Positions 38,958 to 52,848 of a stretch of DNA of 64,000 nt are shown piece by piece (the first letter of the stretch is position 1; the number at the start of each line of letters is the position of its first letter). The notes under the pieces were generated by a model that made no database searches, was not told the origin of the DNA, and was given only the letters and a program-made list of their open reading frames with translations. Where the stretch lies: contig JAQGDQ010000466.1 in NCBI GenBank assembly GCA_030141605.1, forward strand, positions 62,001-126,000. Direction: 5' to 3'. Position numbers and translations under genes: made by a program. The DNA is from Tubiluchus corallicola. Its lineage: Eukaryota; Animalia; Priapulida.

Positions 38958-41900
38958 CTCAGGCGGATCTTAAAATGTGGGAAAATATTTTTCTTTGCTT
39001 CTAAATGCGCATGAAACTTATCCACCCATTTAAAGTAAACAATGAAACTTGAAATAACTTCATGAATGTGTTAAAAGAGCAGATGCTGTCAAGCGCGAGT
39101 CTGTATTTACACAAATGTGTAGAAAATTTCTTGTGGCCCAAAATGTTTATTTACTCTAAAATCCAGGGCGTAAGCAGATTTTTAGAGTTTTCTTATCACA
39201 GCATCACAGCTTATCGCAGTATGTAGTTAAACTTAAACTGTGTTCCGCTAGTTTGTAATTTTACCTAATAATTTTGCAGTTTTAGCAGGCGACTCTAGCG
39301 CTTCGAACTAACAACCTACTGGTGTTATGTTGATTGTTAAATATTTTGTGGTACAATTTTTAGTGTCAACTTTAAAATATATTTCATTTGCAAAGAACAT
39401 TATTGACAAAAATGTCACCCCTTTTTACGAAAATACAATAACATGTGCACGCCCCCACTAAGAAGACCTTGAACGGAGGTAGTTCACCTAATAGCAAGAA
39501 CGAAATTTGAAATTCAGCGAAGAAATTAAAAGCAGGACTATTTGTGATAAAGAGTCCACAAAAATAATAATATTGATATTGAGTTTTAATAATAACATGA
39601 GTTGAGCCAGAGGGTTTATTATCGTAAGGATAAATTTTGTCTTTTCAAAGCAATCATTTTAGATAATCACTCTTTCATATCGAGGAATGTTTGCTCAAGC
39701 TTTTGAGCACTTTTCTGCACCTTATCCAAACAGCAATTCTTATTAGGCAGCCTCTCCTTTATTATAACAGTTAAAGAAACTGGTTTTCACCTGTGTGTTT
39801 GCAAAGCAAATAGTTTGAAAAGCTTTGTATTTCGAAAATTCCAACTCAACTATTTGTGTTCATAATCTTCTCAGTCTTATAAAAACATCACATTGGGCGT
39901 CTCCCAGGGCGTTATATTATTACAAGCAACACTCACAAATAATAAGTTAATATCTGCCAGGTGGCAGCACAAACCAGGTTTTAAATTGAAAAATGGCTTT
40001 TGCTCTCAGTAGACATTTAATAATTAGCAATTCTTATTCAAATTTATAATTCATATTATCTCATTGGAATTCTGTAAAATTTTCTAACCCGATGGCACAA
40101 AACACAAAACACAAACCCCTAACACTAATCTTTTTTATAGTTATTTGTAATCACACATACATAATACAAACAAAAAATATAAACCCTACTGAAAGCCCTA
40201 CTGCGCAGCAGTTCGTGTAGCCCTAGCGGCACAGCATAATCGTCTGTTGTTGTCAAGTACGCTATAGCAGAAGCTGTTCTGACGAAATACACAAGTACAG
40301 TTCTGAGACTTGCGTGGAAAAGTCATTTGCTGTAAAAAAACAAGAACGAACTAGAAAATTCTACAATGCGCAAAAACTTGAGAGGTTTTTATTGAAATAA
40401 GTTTAGCGCACAATATTTTCCGCAAACTTCTAGAGCGCAGAACTTAAGCAGGCGGAGCAAAACTCCTGCTGATCATAGCCGTCAAGGTCATGGCTCTGGC
40501 TGTGATAGACAAGTGCCAGTTTCTGGGCGTGAGCACTTGCTGTCAGACTTTCTGGGCGTGTCATTTTTCGCTATATTCCCACCTGACAACCCAAGCAAAT
40601 CACTTGTGTTGTGATTTCCGTGTGGCGAGTGTGAAAACCTGCAAATAGAGGTAAATTTAGAAATCAGTATTTACACGTCATTAAAAATGAAAGATTTATC
40701 ATCTTCATGTGGAAATGAAATGTGTCCATTTAGCGTTTTACAGAAAGCTTGTTTTTTATAATTTTTAGTGAAATACAAGTTTCAGTGACGTTTGGTGTAA
40801 ATTTCTCTTTAATTTAAAACCACAATATAGTGTGTTTTTGTGTGACAAAATACGTATTGCAAATTTTAATATTTTTTGTTGTTTCCATAATAGTGGCGGA
40901 GTTGCATTTTAGTGAAATAATGTGAATTTGTGAGTCGCGTTCAAGAATCAAGATACCAAGAGTACGGTTGCTTGTTTACTTTATTCACTACATAATAATA
41001 AAATAATTCAATAACCTTATTTTTCTGTAATCATAATTTCTTGCTTTTTTTCAATAAATTTACTCCTTGTGTTCGGTTTCGTTGTGAAACTGCATAATAT
41101 TAATTGTTTGCATGTTATTATTCTTATTAACACTTGATGAAGTATTTTCTGATTTGCTAAAAGCTTTGAGTTTCTTAAAGTTTAAAGTAAATGCCTTTAT
41201 AGTTGGGTTAATATAATTTAAAAATTGTTTAACGAAAATGACTAAAATGATGATAATGTGATAAAAATGAAAATAAAATGACTATAATGATAACAAAATA
41301 TCAAAAAAGAAAATACTTCAAGTAACACATTTTTGGAGTTTTCTTGTAGTATTTGGTTCAGAGAAAAACATATGCAAATTAGGCAGACACTTGAGCACTG
41401 CAAAGAGCCTAATTATGTCATTAAAAAGATGGACAAAAATAAATGGATGTTTAGGCTACCAGAATGCTAAAAAGCTCATAGTAATTCAAAAGCTTGAAAC
41501 TTTGCAAAGCGATAGAGCTAGTTAAGATGATAAAATTTGGTTATGGATCAATCGAAATTCGTCGAATTTGACAGCAATTTTTGACAATCGCTAACATTGA
41601 AACTATTACTCTAGAACTACACTGAGCAGCTTGCGCTAAATAAAATTCACTCTTGGTACTTAGATGCTTGTGTAAACGAAAATAAACCTTTTCCTGCAGT
41701 CTGGCCAATGAAACTGTTACAACATTGCAGCACGAATCCCAAAAACTTCGCTGGTCTTACAAAGACGATCTTGAGACTCTAGTTGAAGAATACCCCAAAG
41801 CAATAAATAAGCTCAAATTATTAATAACATGGTTCTAAAACTCACACCATGAAGATTTGAATTGATGTTATTGACTCTTGCTTCTGATTGTATGCTAACC

Positions 41901-42659
41901 AAATGAATCTTTGCTTTTTTTGCAAAATTTACAAGCAAAACTGTTGAAAAATATTTAAACTAGAACTCAGTTTATCACATAGTACGGATTCATCCATGTT
42001 GCAACAAAGAAGAGTCGTTTATATCAACAACAATAGTTATTATTTCAGAGGTATTTTGCATGGTATAAGAATTAGTTTTTTCAGTAGATGGGATTTATTT
42101 GGTGTTTTGAGATTTCATGAGCAAGGCTTCTGAAAGCTGTCTTGGCCAAACAAAGTTTTGGTACTGCAGCCATAGTAACAGCTACTCTGACCAGGCTCAA
42201 CGATATTTGACTTTTGGCATAAGTGAGCATTTGCATACCAACAAGCAATCATACTTGCCATAAACCACTCTGTGCAATGAAAATTGCAAGAAAACGTTTT
42301 TCAGTGTTGTCACCTAGAAAATTGTCCAGAAAATAACATGTCCAAATTATGCTGAAATTTGAGTACTGCAAGTTGCGCAATTATGATGTCAAAGAAGATG
42401 GCCGTCTGTTGACCAATATGAAGGGGTATTTAGTCACCAGAAAAGCTGTCTTTGATTTAAATGCATGATACTTTTGGTTGCACAGTGCTAAAATTCATTA
42501 AGGTGATCAATTTTAATATGGAGCCATCCGAAATTCGACCAATATGACTGCAATTTTCGAAATGGCTTACAAAACGGCTGTTGCTAGCTTATAAGGGATA
42601 CATCTTAGCTATCAAAGCATTCAGGATAAAGTTTTTGGTGTCTAAATATAGATATTCAA

Positions 42660-43421
42660 AAATTTGTTGAAAGCTCATGCAGAGGCTTGCCATCTGTACA
42701 TTGACAAATATAAAGATGAACAGAAAGGTATCAATAATTAATTTAGCTGTTTTCATAAATGCAGCTTAAAATTCATAGATACTTTGTATATATTGTATAC
42801 TTACATTTTAAATGTGATATAAAAAGCCTGGGAACTGTAGTATACGGTGCTACTAAAGTAACTGTTGCTCATAAGTTCATTTCTTCTTCTACGCTCATAG
42901 CATTGCAATGCATTGTTAATTTGTAATGATTATTACATAACTTGAATTTTTGTAATGTGTCAAATGGATAAATAAACAAATCTAAAATCTAAAACAAATT
43001 TAACTCAGTTGGACTTAAAGATGTTTTCTGTAGAAATTACTGAAAATTATTGTACTGTTGTTCTAGGATTTTAAAATTGTAAACACAGTATTTCTAAACA
43101 AGTCAATAGGCTGTCATTCGGAATCCAGTGGAATTTAATGGCAAGTCTATTTTTCAGGTGGATTGCAGTCGCAAGACTGGAACCGACTTAATTATCGAGA
43201 ATAACCCTCTAAGACGAGATACTGAACCAGCAGACTTGTGTTAATCATGCAAACAAGCAAAATCAACATTACTACTGATAATTAAATGAGTTATATTAAG
43301 AATTTTTTTATAATAGGTATAATTGGCATTACGCTAAATTCAGCTTGGGCTGAACCACGTGACCCTGACAAAGCAGAAGACAGAGAAGCTAGACAGACAC
43401 ACAAGAGTTTACGCTGGGATG
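42660..43421 (+). pseudogene. GH1 unit 0: 3' part of exon B (42660-42727) and exon C (43317-43421, 1-bp deletion)
   Basis: [22 protein letters not shown]; GIIGITLNSAWAEPRDPDKAEDREA, then a frameshift relative to unit 1 (105 vs 106 bp). Confidence 0.85.
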
Positions 43422-44470
43422 GCAAGTGTTATAGATACATGTAGATAGATTAATAGAAAAAGCAATTTATAGTCGGATTTCTTAGAAGCGTTAATGCAAG
43501 CTGGATCAGCTTTTCTTACTGGCTAAACTTTGAGACCTAAAAAGTTTGAGTTAGGATAACAAATGGATATCCTTCAGATCGTAAGAGAGTTTATGCTTCG
43601 ATAGTAAATGCTGTTTTTATCGTGAAAGTGTTTATGCCATGATGGGGAATAGTATTTCCATGTGGAAAGAGCTTCTGCTGGCATAGTCGAGTCATGTTGC
43701 AACAAGAGAAATGAAATCGAAAGCTGTTCCATAATTGCACATAATTCGCAAAGTCTGAGTGGATACAAATCCACACCCATATGTATTTCCAGTGACTGTC
43801 GAGATAGTAGAAAAATTAAAATGAAAAAACGAATTTAAACTAAACATCAGTTGCATGTTGCTTGAAACGAGGCATCTCTTAAACAACAAAAGGTAGAACT
43901 TGCCTATCTTTTGTCCAACGTACTGAACATCTTGCAGTAGTGCTGTATTACATTTTTCACTCTCGCAAACATGTGCAACAAGTTTGCAGAATACAACTGC
44001 TGTTGAAAATTTGGATAGTTTGTGATGCTATAAATAGTTGGGTGCGCCGGCCGTTGATTAAGTTTTTATCTGTCACCTAATTATTAGAAACGGTTTTGCA
44101 GTATTAATTGTGTAAAAATGTACAGATTTTGGACTTGAAAATGGGGTAGCGCATGAAAAACCAGCCTGTTTACGTTTGCGCGTGCCCTCACAAAGATATT
44201 ATTACTATGTGTGTATTACTACACTAGATCAATCTACATTACTAAGCTAAAAATCTAAATAATTTTGCATAATTCTGGGATTCTCTCCTCTGTGATTCTA
44301 AACCAGCAACTTTGGCTTCCAGGCAGGCCTGTAACTAAAGTTAGTTTACTGACGTTTTGTCACCCACCTTCACACTTGCAGGGAAAAATGACTGTTTTTC
44401 TCTTAGAATTCCTTTACAGTGAAAAATGCTCTACTTAATTGTTTTATACATCTTATTATCTGTTTCTTAG

Positions 44471-44929
44471 ATGTTGGTATTCAGCCAATGGTGACACTTC
44501 ATCACTGGGATATTCCACAAGTTTTGCAGGAAAAGTATGAAGTTTGGCTGTTTGATGAAATGATTAAGGATTTTAAAAACTTTGCAGATGTTTGTTTTGA
44601 AAACTTTACAGATCGCGTAAGTCTTGAAGCAAAATTTAGCTTTCACAGTTTTTAATTTGTCGTAGTCTAATAAACGTTACATTAAATTTCTGAGTAAGCT
44701 TTTTCATTTATCTTTCCTTTTGAGATTTCTCAAATTATAATTACTTTTAAAATGAAACAGAAACTCTTATTTTTAATCACTATTTCAATGTGTAAGTGGT
44801 GAATGTTTTGCAGAATGTTATAGTTTTAGATAGGCTTTATTATATTACGCTTTTTTGGTATCTTACCTAAATGTTTTAATGTACACATTTGAAAATATTG
44901 TTTTGAAAGAGCGATTTATAATTAGATGC

Positions 44930-44965
<36 letters not shown>

Positions 44966-45988
44966 TTCAATATTGTCACCAATGGAGTTGCCTTTGGCCA
45001 ATAATGTCAGAAAGAGCAAACATGTTATTCTTTGTAAAAGATCGAATTTAAATAAATTTGATCTTATATTATCTTTTTATCTTATTGCCAACATTAATTT
45101 GTATAGGTAAAATTCTGGATAACATTGAATGAACCGTGAATCATAGCGTTGCTTCATTATGGCAATAACTGGGTTGATACTCAAGAGTATGAATGTTCAG
45201 CTGTTGATACTTACATTGCAGGACACAATTTGTTGAAAGCTCATGCAGAGGCTTGCCATCTGTACATTGACAAATATAAAGATGAACAGAAAGGTATCAA
45301 TAATTAATTTAGCTGTTTTCATAAATGCAGCTTAAAATTCATAGATACTTTGTATATATTGTATACTTACATTTTAAATGTGATATAAAAAGCCTGGGAA
45401 CTGTAGTATATGGTGCTACTAAAGTAACTGTTGCTCATAAGTTAATTTCTTCTTCTACGCTCATAGCATTGCAATGCATTGTTAATTTGTAATGATTATT
45501 ACATAACTTGAATTTTTGTAATGTGTCAAATGGATCAATAAACAAATCTAAAATCTAAAACAATTTTAATTCAGTTGGACTTAAAGATGTTTTCTGTAGA
45601 AATTACTGAAAATTATTGTACTGTTGTTCTAGGATTTTAAAATTGTAAACACAGTATTTCTAAACAAGTCAATAGGCTGTCATTCGGAATCCAGTGGAAT
45701 TTAATGGCAAGTCTATTTTGCAGGTGGATTGCAGTGGCAAGACTGGAACCGACTTGATTATCAAGAATAACCTTCTAAGATGAGATACTGAACCAGCAGA
45801 CTTGTGTTAATCATGCAAACAGGCAAAATCAACATTACTACTGATAATTTAATGAATCATGTTCAGAAAATTTTTATAATAGGTACAATTGGCATTACGC
45901 TGAATTCAGCTTGGACTGAACCACGTGACCCTGACCCAGCAGAAGACAGAGAAGCTACTTTCAGCGCACAAGAGTTTACGCTGGGATG
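44471..45988 (+). pseudogene. GH1 unit 1: exon A 44471-44616, exon B 45107-45293 (TGA at 45137), exon C 45883-45988
   Basis: GIQPMVTLHHWDIPQVLQEKY..W...MIKDFKNFADVCFENFTDR | VKFWITLNEP*...[23 protein letters not shown] | GTIGITLNSAWTEPRDP...EDREA....QEFTLGW: the GH1 TL(Y/H)HWD.P and acid/base T.NEP motifs. AG/GT sites join the three exons in frame. Confidence 0.93.
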
Positions 45989-46589
45989 GCAAGTGTTATA
46001 GATACATGTAGATAGATTAATAAAAAAAGCAATTTAAAGTCGGATTTCTTAGAAGCGTTAATGCAAGCTGGATCAGCTTTTCTTACTGGCTAAACTTTGA
46101 GACCTAAAAAGTTTGAGTTAGGATAACAAATGGATATCCTTCAGATCGTAAGAGAGTTTATGCTTCGATAGTAAATGCTGTTTTTATCGTGAAAGTGTTT
46201 ATGCCATGATGGGGAATAGTATTTCCATGTGGAAAGAGCTTCTGCTGGCATAGTCGAGTCATGTTGCAACAAGAGAAATGAAATCGAAAGCTGTTCCATA
46301 ATTGCACATAATTCGCAAAGTCTGAGTGGATACAAATCCACACCCATATGTATTTCCAGTGACTGTCGAGATTTTTGCATAATTCTGGGAAATCTTGAAC
46401 ACCTCTCTCTGTGATTCTAAACCAGCAACTTTGGCTTCCAGGCAGGCCTGTAACTAAAGTTAGTTTACTGACGTTTTGTCACCCACCTTCACACTTGCAG
46501 GGAAAAATGACTGTTTTTCTCTTAGAATTCCTTTACAGTGAAAAATGCTCTACTTAATTGTTTTATACATCTTATTATCTGTTTCTTAG

Positions 46590-47047
46590 ATGTTGGTATT
46601 CAGCCAATGGTGACACTTCATCACTGGGATATTCCACAAGTTTTGCAGGAAAAGTATGAAGTTTGGCTGTATGATGAAATGATTAAGGATTTTAAAAACT
46701 TTGCAGATGTTTGTTTCGAAAACTTTACAGATCGCGTAAGTCTTGAAGCAAAATTTGGCTTTCACAGTTTTTAATTTGTCGTAGTCTAATAAACGTTACA
46801 TTAAATTTCTGAGTAAGCTTTTTCATTTATTTTCCTTTTGTGATTCCTCAAATTATAATTACTTTTAAAATGAAACAGAAACTCTTATTTTTAATCACTA
46901 TTTCAATGTGTAAGTTGTGAATGTTTTGCAGAATGTTATAGTTTTAGATAGGCTTTATTATATTACACTTTTTTGGTATCTTACCTAAATGTTTTAATGT
47001 ACACATTTGAAAATATTGTTTTGAAAGAGCGATTTATAATTAGATGC

Positions 47048-47086
<39 letters not shown>

Positions 47087-48034
47087 TTCAATATTGTCAC
47101 CAATGGAGTTGCCTTTGGCCAATAATGTCAGAAAGAGCAAACATGTTATTCTTTGTAAAAGATCGAATTTAAATAAATTTTATCTTATATTATCTTTTTA
47201 TCTTATTGCCAACATTAATTTGTATAGGTAAAATTCTGGATAACATTGAATGAACCGTGAATCATAGCGTTGCTTCATTATGGCAATAACTGGGTTGATA
47301 CTCAAGAGTAAGAATGTTCAGCTGTTGACACTTACATTGCAGGACACAATTTGTTGAAAGTTCATGCAGAGGCTTGCCATCTGTACATTGACAAATATAA
47401 AGATGAACAGAAAGGTATCAATAATATTAATTTAGCTGTTTTCATAAATGCAGCTTAAAATTCATAGATACTTTGTATATATTGTATACTTACATTTTAA
47501 ATGTGATCTAAAAAGCCTGGGAACTGTAGTATATGGTGCTACTAAAGTAACTGTTGCTCATAAGTTAATTTCTTCTTCTACGCTCATAGCATTGCAATGC
47601 ATTGTTAATTTGTAATGATTATTACATAACTTGAATTTTTGTAATGTGTGAAATGGATCAATAAACAAATCTAAAATCTAAAACAATTTTAATTCAGTTG
47701 GACTTAAAGATGTTTTCTGTAGAAATTACTGAAAATTATTGTACTGTTGTTCTAGGGTTTTAAAATTGTAAACACAGTATTTCTAAACAAGTCAATAGGC
47801 TGTCATTCGGAATCCAGTGGAATTTAATGGCAAGTCTATTTTGCAGGTGGATTGCAGTGGCAAGACTGGAACCGACTTGATTATCAAGAATAACCTTCTA
47901 AGATGAGATACTGAACCAGCAGACTTGTGTTAATCATGCAAACAGGCAAAATCAACATTACTACTGATAATTTAATGAATCATGTTCAGAAAATTTTTAT
48001 AATAGGTATCATTGGCATTATGCTGAATTCAGCT
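46590..48034 (+). pseudogene. GH1 unit 2: A 46590-46735, B 47228-47414 (TGA plus TAA), C truncated 48006-48034
   Basis: Same exons as unit 1, with an extra stop (gagTAAgaa). Confidence 0.92.
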
Positions 48035-48605
48035 ATAGTAGAAAAATTAAAATGAATAAACGAATTTAAACTAAACATCAGTTGCATGTTGCTTGAAACG
48101 AGGCATCTCTTAAACAACAAAAGGGTAGAACTTGCCTATCTTTTGTCCAACGCACTGAACATCTTGCAGTAGTGCTGTATTACATTTTTCACTCTCGCAA
48201 ACATGTGCAACAAGTTTGCAGAATACAACTGCTGTTGAAAATTTGGATAGTTTGTGATGCCATCAATAGTTGGGTGCGCCGGCCATTGATTAAGCTTTTT
48301 ATCTGTCACTTAATTATTAGAAACGGTTTTGCAGTATTAATTGTGTTAAAATGTACAGATTTTGGACTTGAAAATGGGGTAGCGCATGAAAAACCAACCT
48401 GTTTACGTTTGCGCGTGCAATCACAAAGATATTATTACTATGTGTGTTTTACTACACTCGATCAAGCTACATTACTAAGCTAAAAATCTAAATAATTTTG
48501 CATAATTCTGGGATTCTCTCCTCTGTGATTCTAAACCAGCAACTTTGGCTTCCAGGCAGGCCTGTAACTAAAGTTAGTTTACTGACGTTTTGTCACCCAC
48601 CTTCA

Positions 48606-49063
48606 ATGTTGGTATTCAGCCAATGGTGACACTTCATCACTGGGATATTCCACAAGTTTTGCAGGAAAAGTATGAAGTTTGGCTGTATGATGAAATGATT
48701 AAGGATTTTAAAAACTTTGCAGATGTTTGTTTCGAAAACTTTACAGATCGCGTAAGTCTTGAAGCAAAATTTGGCTTTCACAGTTTTTAATTTGTCGTAG
48801 TCTAATAAATGTTACATTAAATTTCTGAGTAAGCTTTTTCATTTATTTTCCTTTTGAGATTCCTCAAATTATAATTACTTTTAAAATGAAACAGAAACTC
48901 TTATTTTTAATCACTATTTCAATGTGTAAGTTGTGAATGTTTTGCAGAATGTTATAGTTTTAGATAGGCTTTATTATATTACACTTTTTTGGTATCTTAC
49001 CTAAATGTTTTAATGTACACATTTGAAAATATTGTTTTAAAAGAGCGATTTATAATTAGATGC

Positions 49064-49112
<49 letters not shown>

Positions 49113-50062
49113 TTTTCAATATTGTCACCAATGGAGTTGCCTTTGGCCAATAATGTCAGAAAGAGCAAACATGTTATTCTTTGTAAAAGATCGAATTTAA
49201 ATAAATTTTATCTTATATTATCTTTTTATCTTATTGCCAACATTAATTTGTATAGGTAAAATTCTGGATAACATTGAATGAACCGTGAATCATAGCGTTG
49301 CTTCATTATGGCAATAACTGGGTTGATACTCAAGAGTAAGAATGTTCAGCTGTTGACACTTACATTGCAGGACACAATTTGTTGAAAGTTCATGCAGAGG
49401 CTTGCCATCTGTACATTGACAAATATAAAGATGAACAGAAAGGTATCAATAATATTAATTTAGCTGTTTTCATAAATGCAGCTTAAAATTCATAGATACT
49501 TTGTATATATTGTATACTTGCATTTTAAATGTGATATAAAAAGCCTGGGAACTGTAGTAAATGGTGCTACTAAAGTAACTGTTGCTCATAAGTTAATTTC
49601 TTCTTCTACGCTCATAGCATTGCAATGCATTGTTAATTTGTAATGATTATGACATAACTTGAATTTTTGTAATGTGTCAAATGGATCAATAAACAAATCT
49701 AAAATCTAAAACTATTTTAATTCAGTTGGACTTAAAGATGTTTTCTGTAGAAATTACTGAAAATTATTGTACTGTTGTTCTAGGATTTTAAAATTGTAAA
49801 CAGAGTATTTCTAAAGAAGTCAATAGGCTGTCATTCGGAATCCAGTGGAATTTAATGGCAAGTCTATTTTGCAGGTGGATTGCAGTGGCAAGACTGGAAC
49901 CGACTTGATTATCAAGAATAACCTTCTAAGATGAGATACTGAACCAGCAGACTTGTGTTAATCATGCAAACAGGCAAAATCAACATTACTACTGATAATT
50001 TAATGAATCATGTTCAGAAAATTTTTACAATAGGTATAATTGGCATTATGCTGAATTCAGCT
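48606..50062 (+). pseudogene. GH1 unit 3: A 48606-48751 (acceptor deleted), B 49256-49442 (TGA plus TAA), C truncated 50034-50062
   Basis: ccaccttca is joined directly to atgttggt; same stops as unit 2. Confidence 0.92.
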
Positions 50063-50741
50063 ATAGTAGAAAAATTAAAATGAATAAACGAATTTAAACT
50101 AAACATCAGTTGCATGTTGCTTGAAACTAGGCATCTCTTAAACAACAAAAGGGTAGAACTTGCCTATCGTTTGTCCAACGCACTGAACATCTTGCAGTAG
50201 TGCTGTATTACATTTTTCACTCTCGCAAACATGTGCAACAAGTTTGCAGAATACAACTGCTGTTGAAAATTTGGATAGTTTGTGATGCCATCAATAGTTG
50301 GGTGCGCCGGCCGTTGATTAAGCTTTTTATCTGTCACTTAATTATTAGAAACGGTTTTGCAGTATTAATTGTGTAAAAATGTACAGATTTTGGACTTGAA
50401 AATGGGGTAGCGCATGAAAAACCAGCCTGTTTACGTTTGCGCGAGCCCTCACAAAGATATTATTACTATGTGTGTAATACTACACTAGATCAATCTACAT
50501 TACTAAGGTAAAAAGTCTAAATAATTTTGCATAATTCTGGGAAATCTTGAACACCTCTCTCTGTGATTCTAAACCAACAACTTTGGATTTCAGGCAGGCC
50601 TGTAACTAAAGTTAGTTTACTGACGTTTTGTCACCCACCTTCACACTTGCAGGGAAAAATGACTGTTTTTCTCATAGAATTCCTTTACAGTGAAAAATGC
50701 TCTACTTAATTGTTTTATACATCTTATTATCTGTTTCTTAG

Positions 50742-51204
50742 ATGTTGGTATTCAGCCAATGGTGACACTTCATCACTGGGATATTCCACAAGTTTTGCAG
50801 GAAAAGTATGAAGTTTGGCTGTTTGATGAAATGATTAAGGATTTTAAAAACTTTGCAGATGTTTGTTTTGAAAACTTTACAGATCGCGTAAGTCTTGAAG
50901 CAAAATTTAGCTTTCACAGTTTTTAATTTGTCGTAGTCTAATAAACGTTACATTAAATTTCTGAGTAAGCTTTTTCATTTATCTTTCCTTTTGAGATTCC
51001 TCAAATTATAATTACTTTTAAAATGAAACAGAAACTCTTATTTTTAATCACTATTTCAATGTGTAAGTGGTGAATGTTTTGCAGAATGTTATAGTTTTAG
51101 ATAGGCTTTATTATATTACACTTTTTTGGTATCTTACCTAAATGTTTTAATGTACACATTTGAAAATATTGTTTTGAAAGAGCGATTTATAATTAGATGC
51201 GTTA

Positions 51205-51238
<34 letters not shown>

Positions 51239-52170
51239 TTCAATATTGTCACCAATGGAGTTGCCTTTGGCCAATAATGTCAGAAAGAGCAAACATGTTA
51301 TTCTTTGTAAAAGATCGAATTTAAATAAATTTTATCTTATATTATCTTTTTATCTTATTGCCAACATTAATTTGTATAGGTAAAATTCTGGATAACATTG
51401 AATGAACTGTGGATCATAGTGTTGCTTCATTATTGCAATAACTTGGTAGATACTCAAGAGTATGAAAGTTCAGGTGTTGATACTTACATTGCAGGACACA
51501 ATTTGTTGAAAGCTCATGCAGAGGCTTACAATTTGTACAAGGACAAATATAAAGATGAACTGAAAAGTATCAATAATTAACTTAGCTGTTTTTATAAATG
51601 CAGCTTAAAATTCATAGATACTTTGTACATTTTAAGTGTGATATAAAAAGCATTGGAACTGAAGTATATGGTGCAACTAAAGTAACAGTTGCTCATAAGT
51701 TAATTTCTTCTGCTATGCTTATAGCATTGCAATGCATTGTTAATTTGTAATAATTATTACATAACTTGAATTTTTGTGATGTGCCAAATGGATCAATAAA
51801 CAAATCTAAAATCTAAAAACAAATTTAATTCAGTTGGACTTAAAGATGTTTTCTGTAGAAATTACTGAAAATTATTGTACTGTTGTTCTAGGATTTTAAA
51901 ATTGTCAACACAGTATTTCTAAACAAGTCAATAGGCTGTCATTTGGAATCCAGTGGAATTTAATGGCAAGTCTATTTTGCAGGTGGATTGCAGTGGCAAG
52001 ACTGGAACCGACTTGATTATCAAGAATAACCTTCTAAGATGAGATACTGAACCAGCAGACTTGTGTTAATCATGCAAACAGGCAAAAACAACATTACTAC
52101 TGATAATTTAATGAATCATGTTCAGAAAATTTTTACAATAGGTATAATTGGCATTATGCTGAATTCAGCT
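50742..52170 (+). pseudogene. GH1 unit 4: A 50742-50887 intact, B 51380-51566 open (NEL variant), C truncated 52142-52170
   Basis: [62 protein letters not shown] has no stop. Confidence 0.9.
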
Positions 52171-52848
52171 ATAGTAGAAAAATTAAAATGAATAAACGAA
52201 TTTAAACTAAACATCAGTTGCATGTTGCTTGAAACTAGGCATCTCTTAAACAACAAAAGGGTAGAACTTGCCTATCGTTTGTCCAACGCACTGAACATCT
52301 TGCAGTAGTGCTGTATTACATTTTTCACTCTCGCAAACATGTGCAACAAGTTTGCAGAATACAACTGCTGTTGAAAATTTGGATAGTTTGTGATGCCATC
52401 AATAGTTGGGTGCGCCGGCCGTTGATTAAGCTTTTTATCTGTCACTTAATTATTAGAAACGGTTTTGCAGTATTAATTGTGTAAAAATGTACAGATTTTG
52501 GACTTGAAAATGGGGTAGCGCATGAAAAACCAGCCTGTTTACGTTTGCGCGAGCAATCACAAAGATATTATTACTATGTGTGTAATACTACACTAGATCA
52601 ATCTACATTGCTAAGGTAAAAAGTCTAAATAATTTTGCATAATTCTGGGAAATCTTGAACACCTCTCTCTGTGATTCTAAACCAACAACTTTGGATTTCA
52701 GGCAGGCCTGTAACTAAAGTTAGTTTACTGACGTTTTGTCACCCACCTTCACACTTGCAGGGAAAAATGACTCTTTTCTCATAGAATTCCTTTACAGTGA
52801 AAAATGATATACTTAATTGTTTTATACATCTTATTATCTGTTTCTTAG

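Noticed and set aside
43574-43800. Minus-strand ORF MGVDLYPLRLCELCAIMEQ..., identical at 46141-46380
   Set aside because: Identity is due to the tandem duplication; no recognisable domain, and it is deleted in four units.
45137-45139. Recurrent in-frame TGA after NEP as selenocysteine or Trp recoding
   Set aside because: A simple TGG>TGA change copied by duplication explains it; two of the four carriers also have a TAA, and no SECIS is identifiable.
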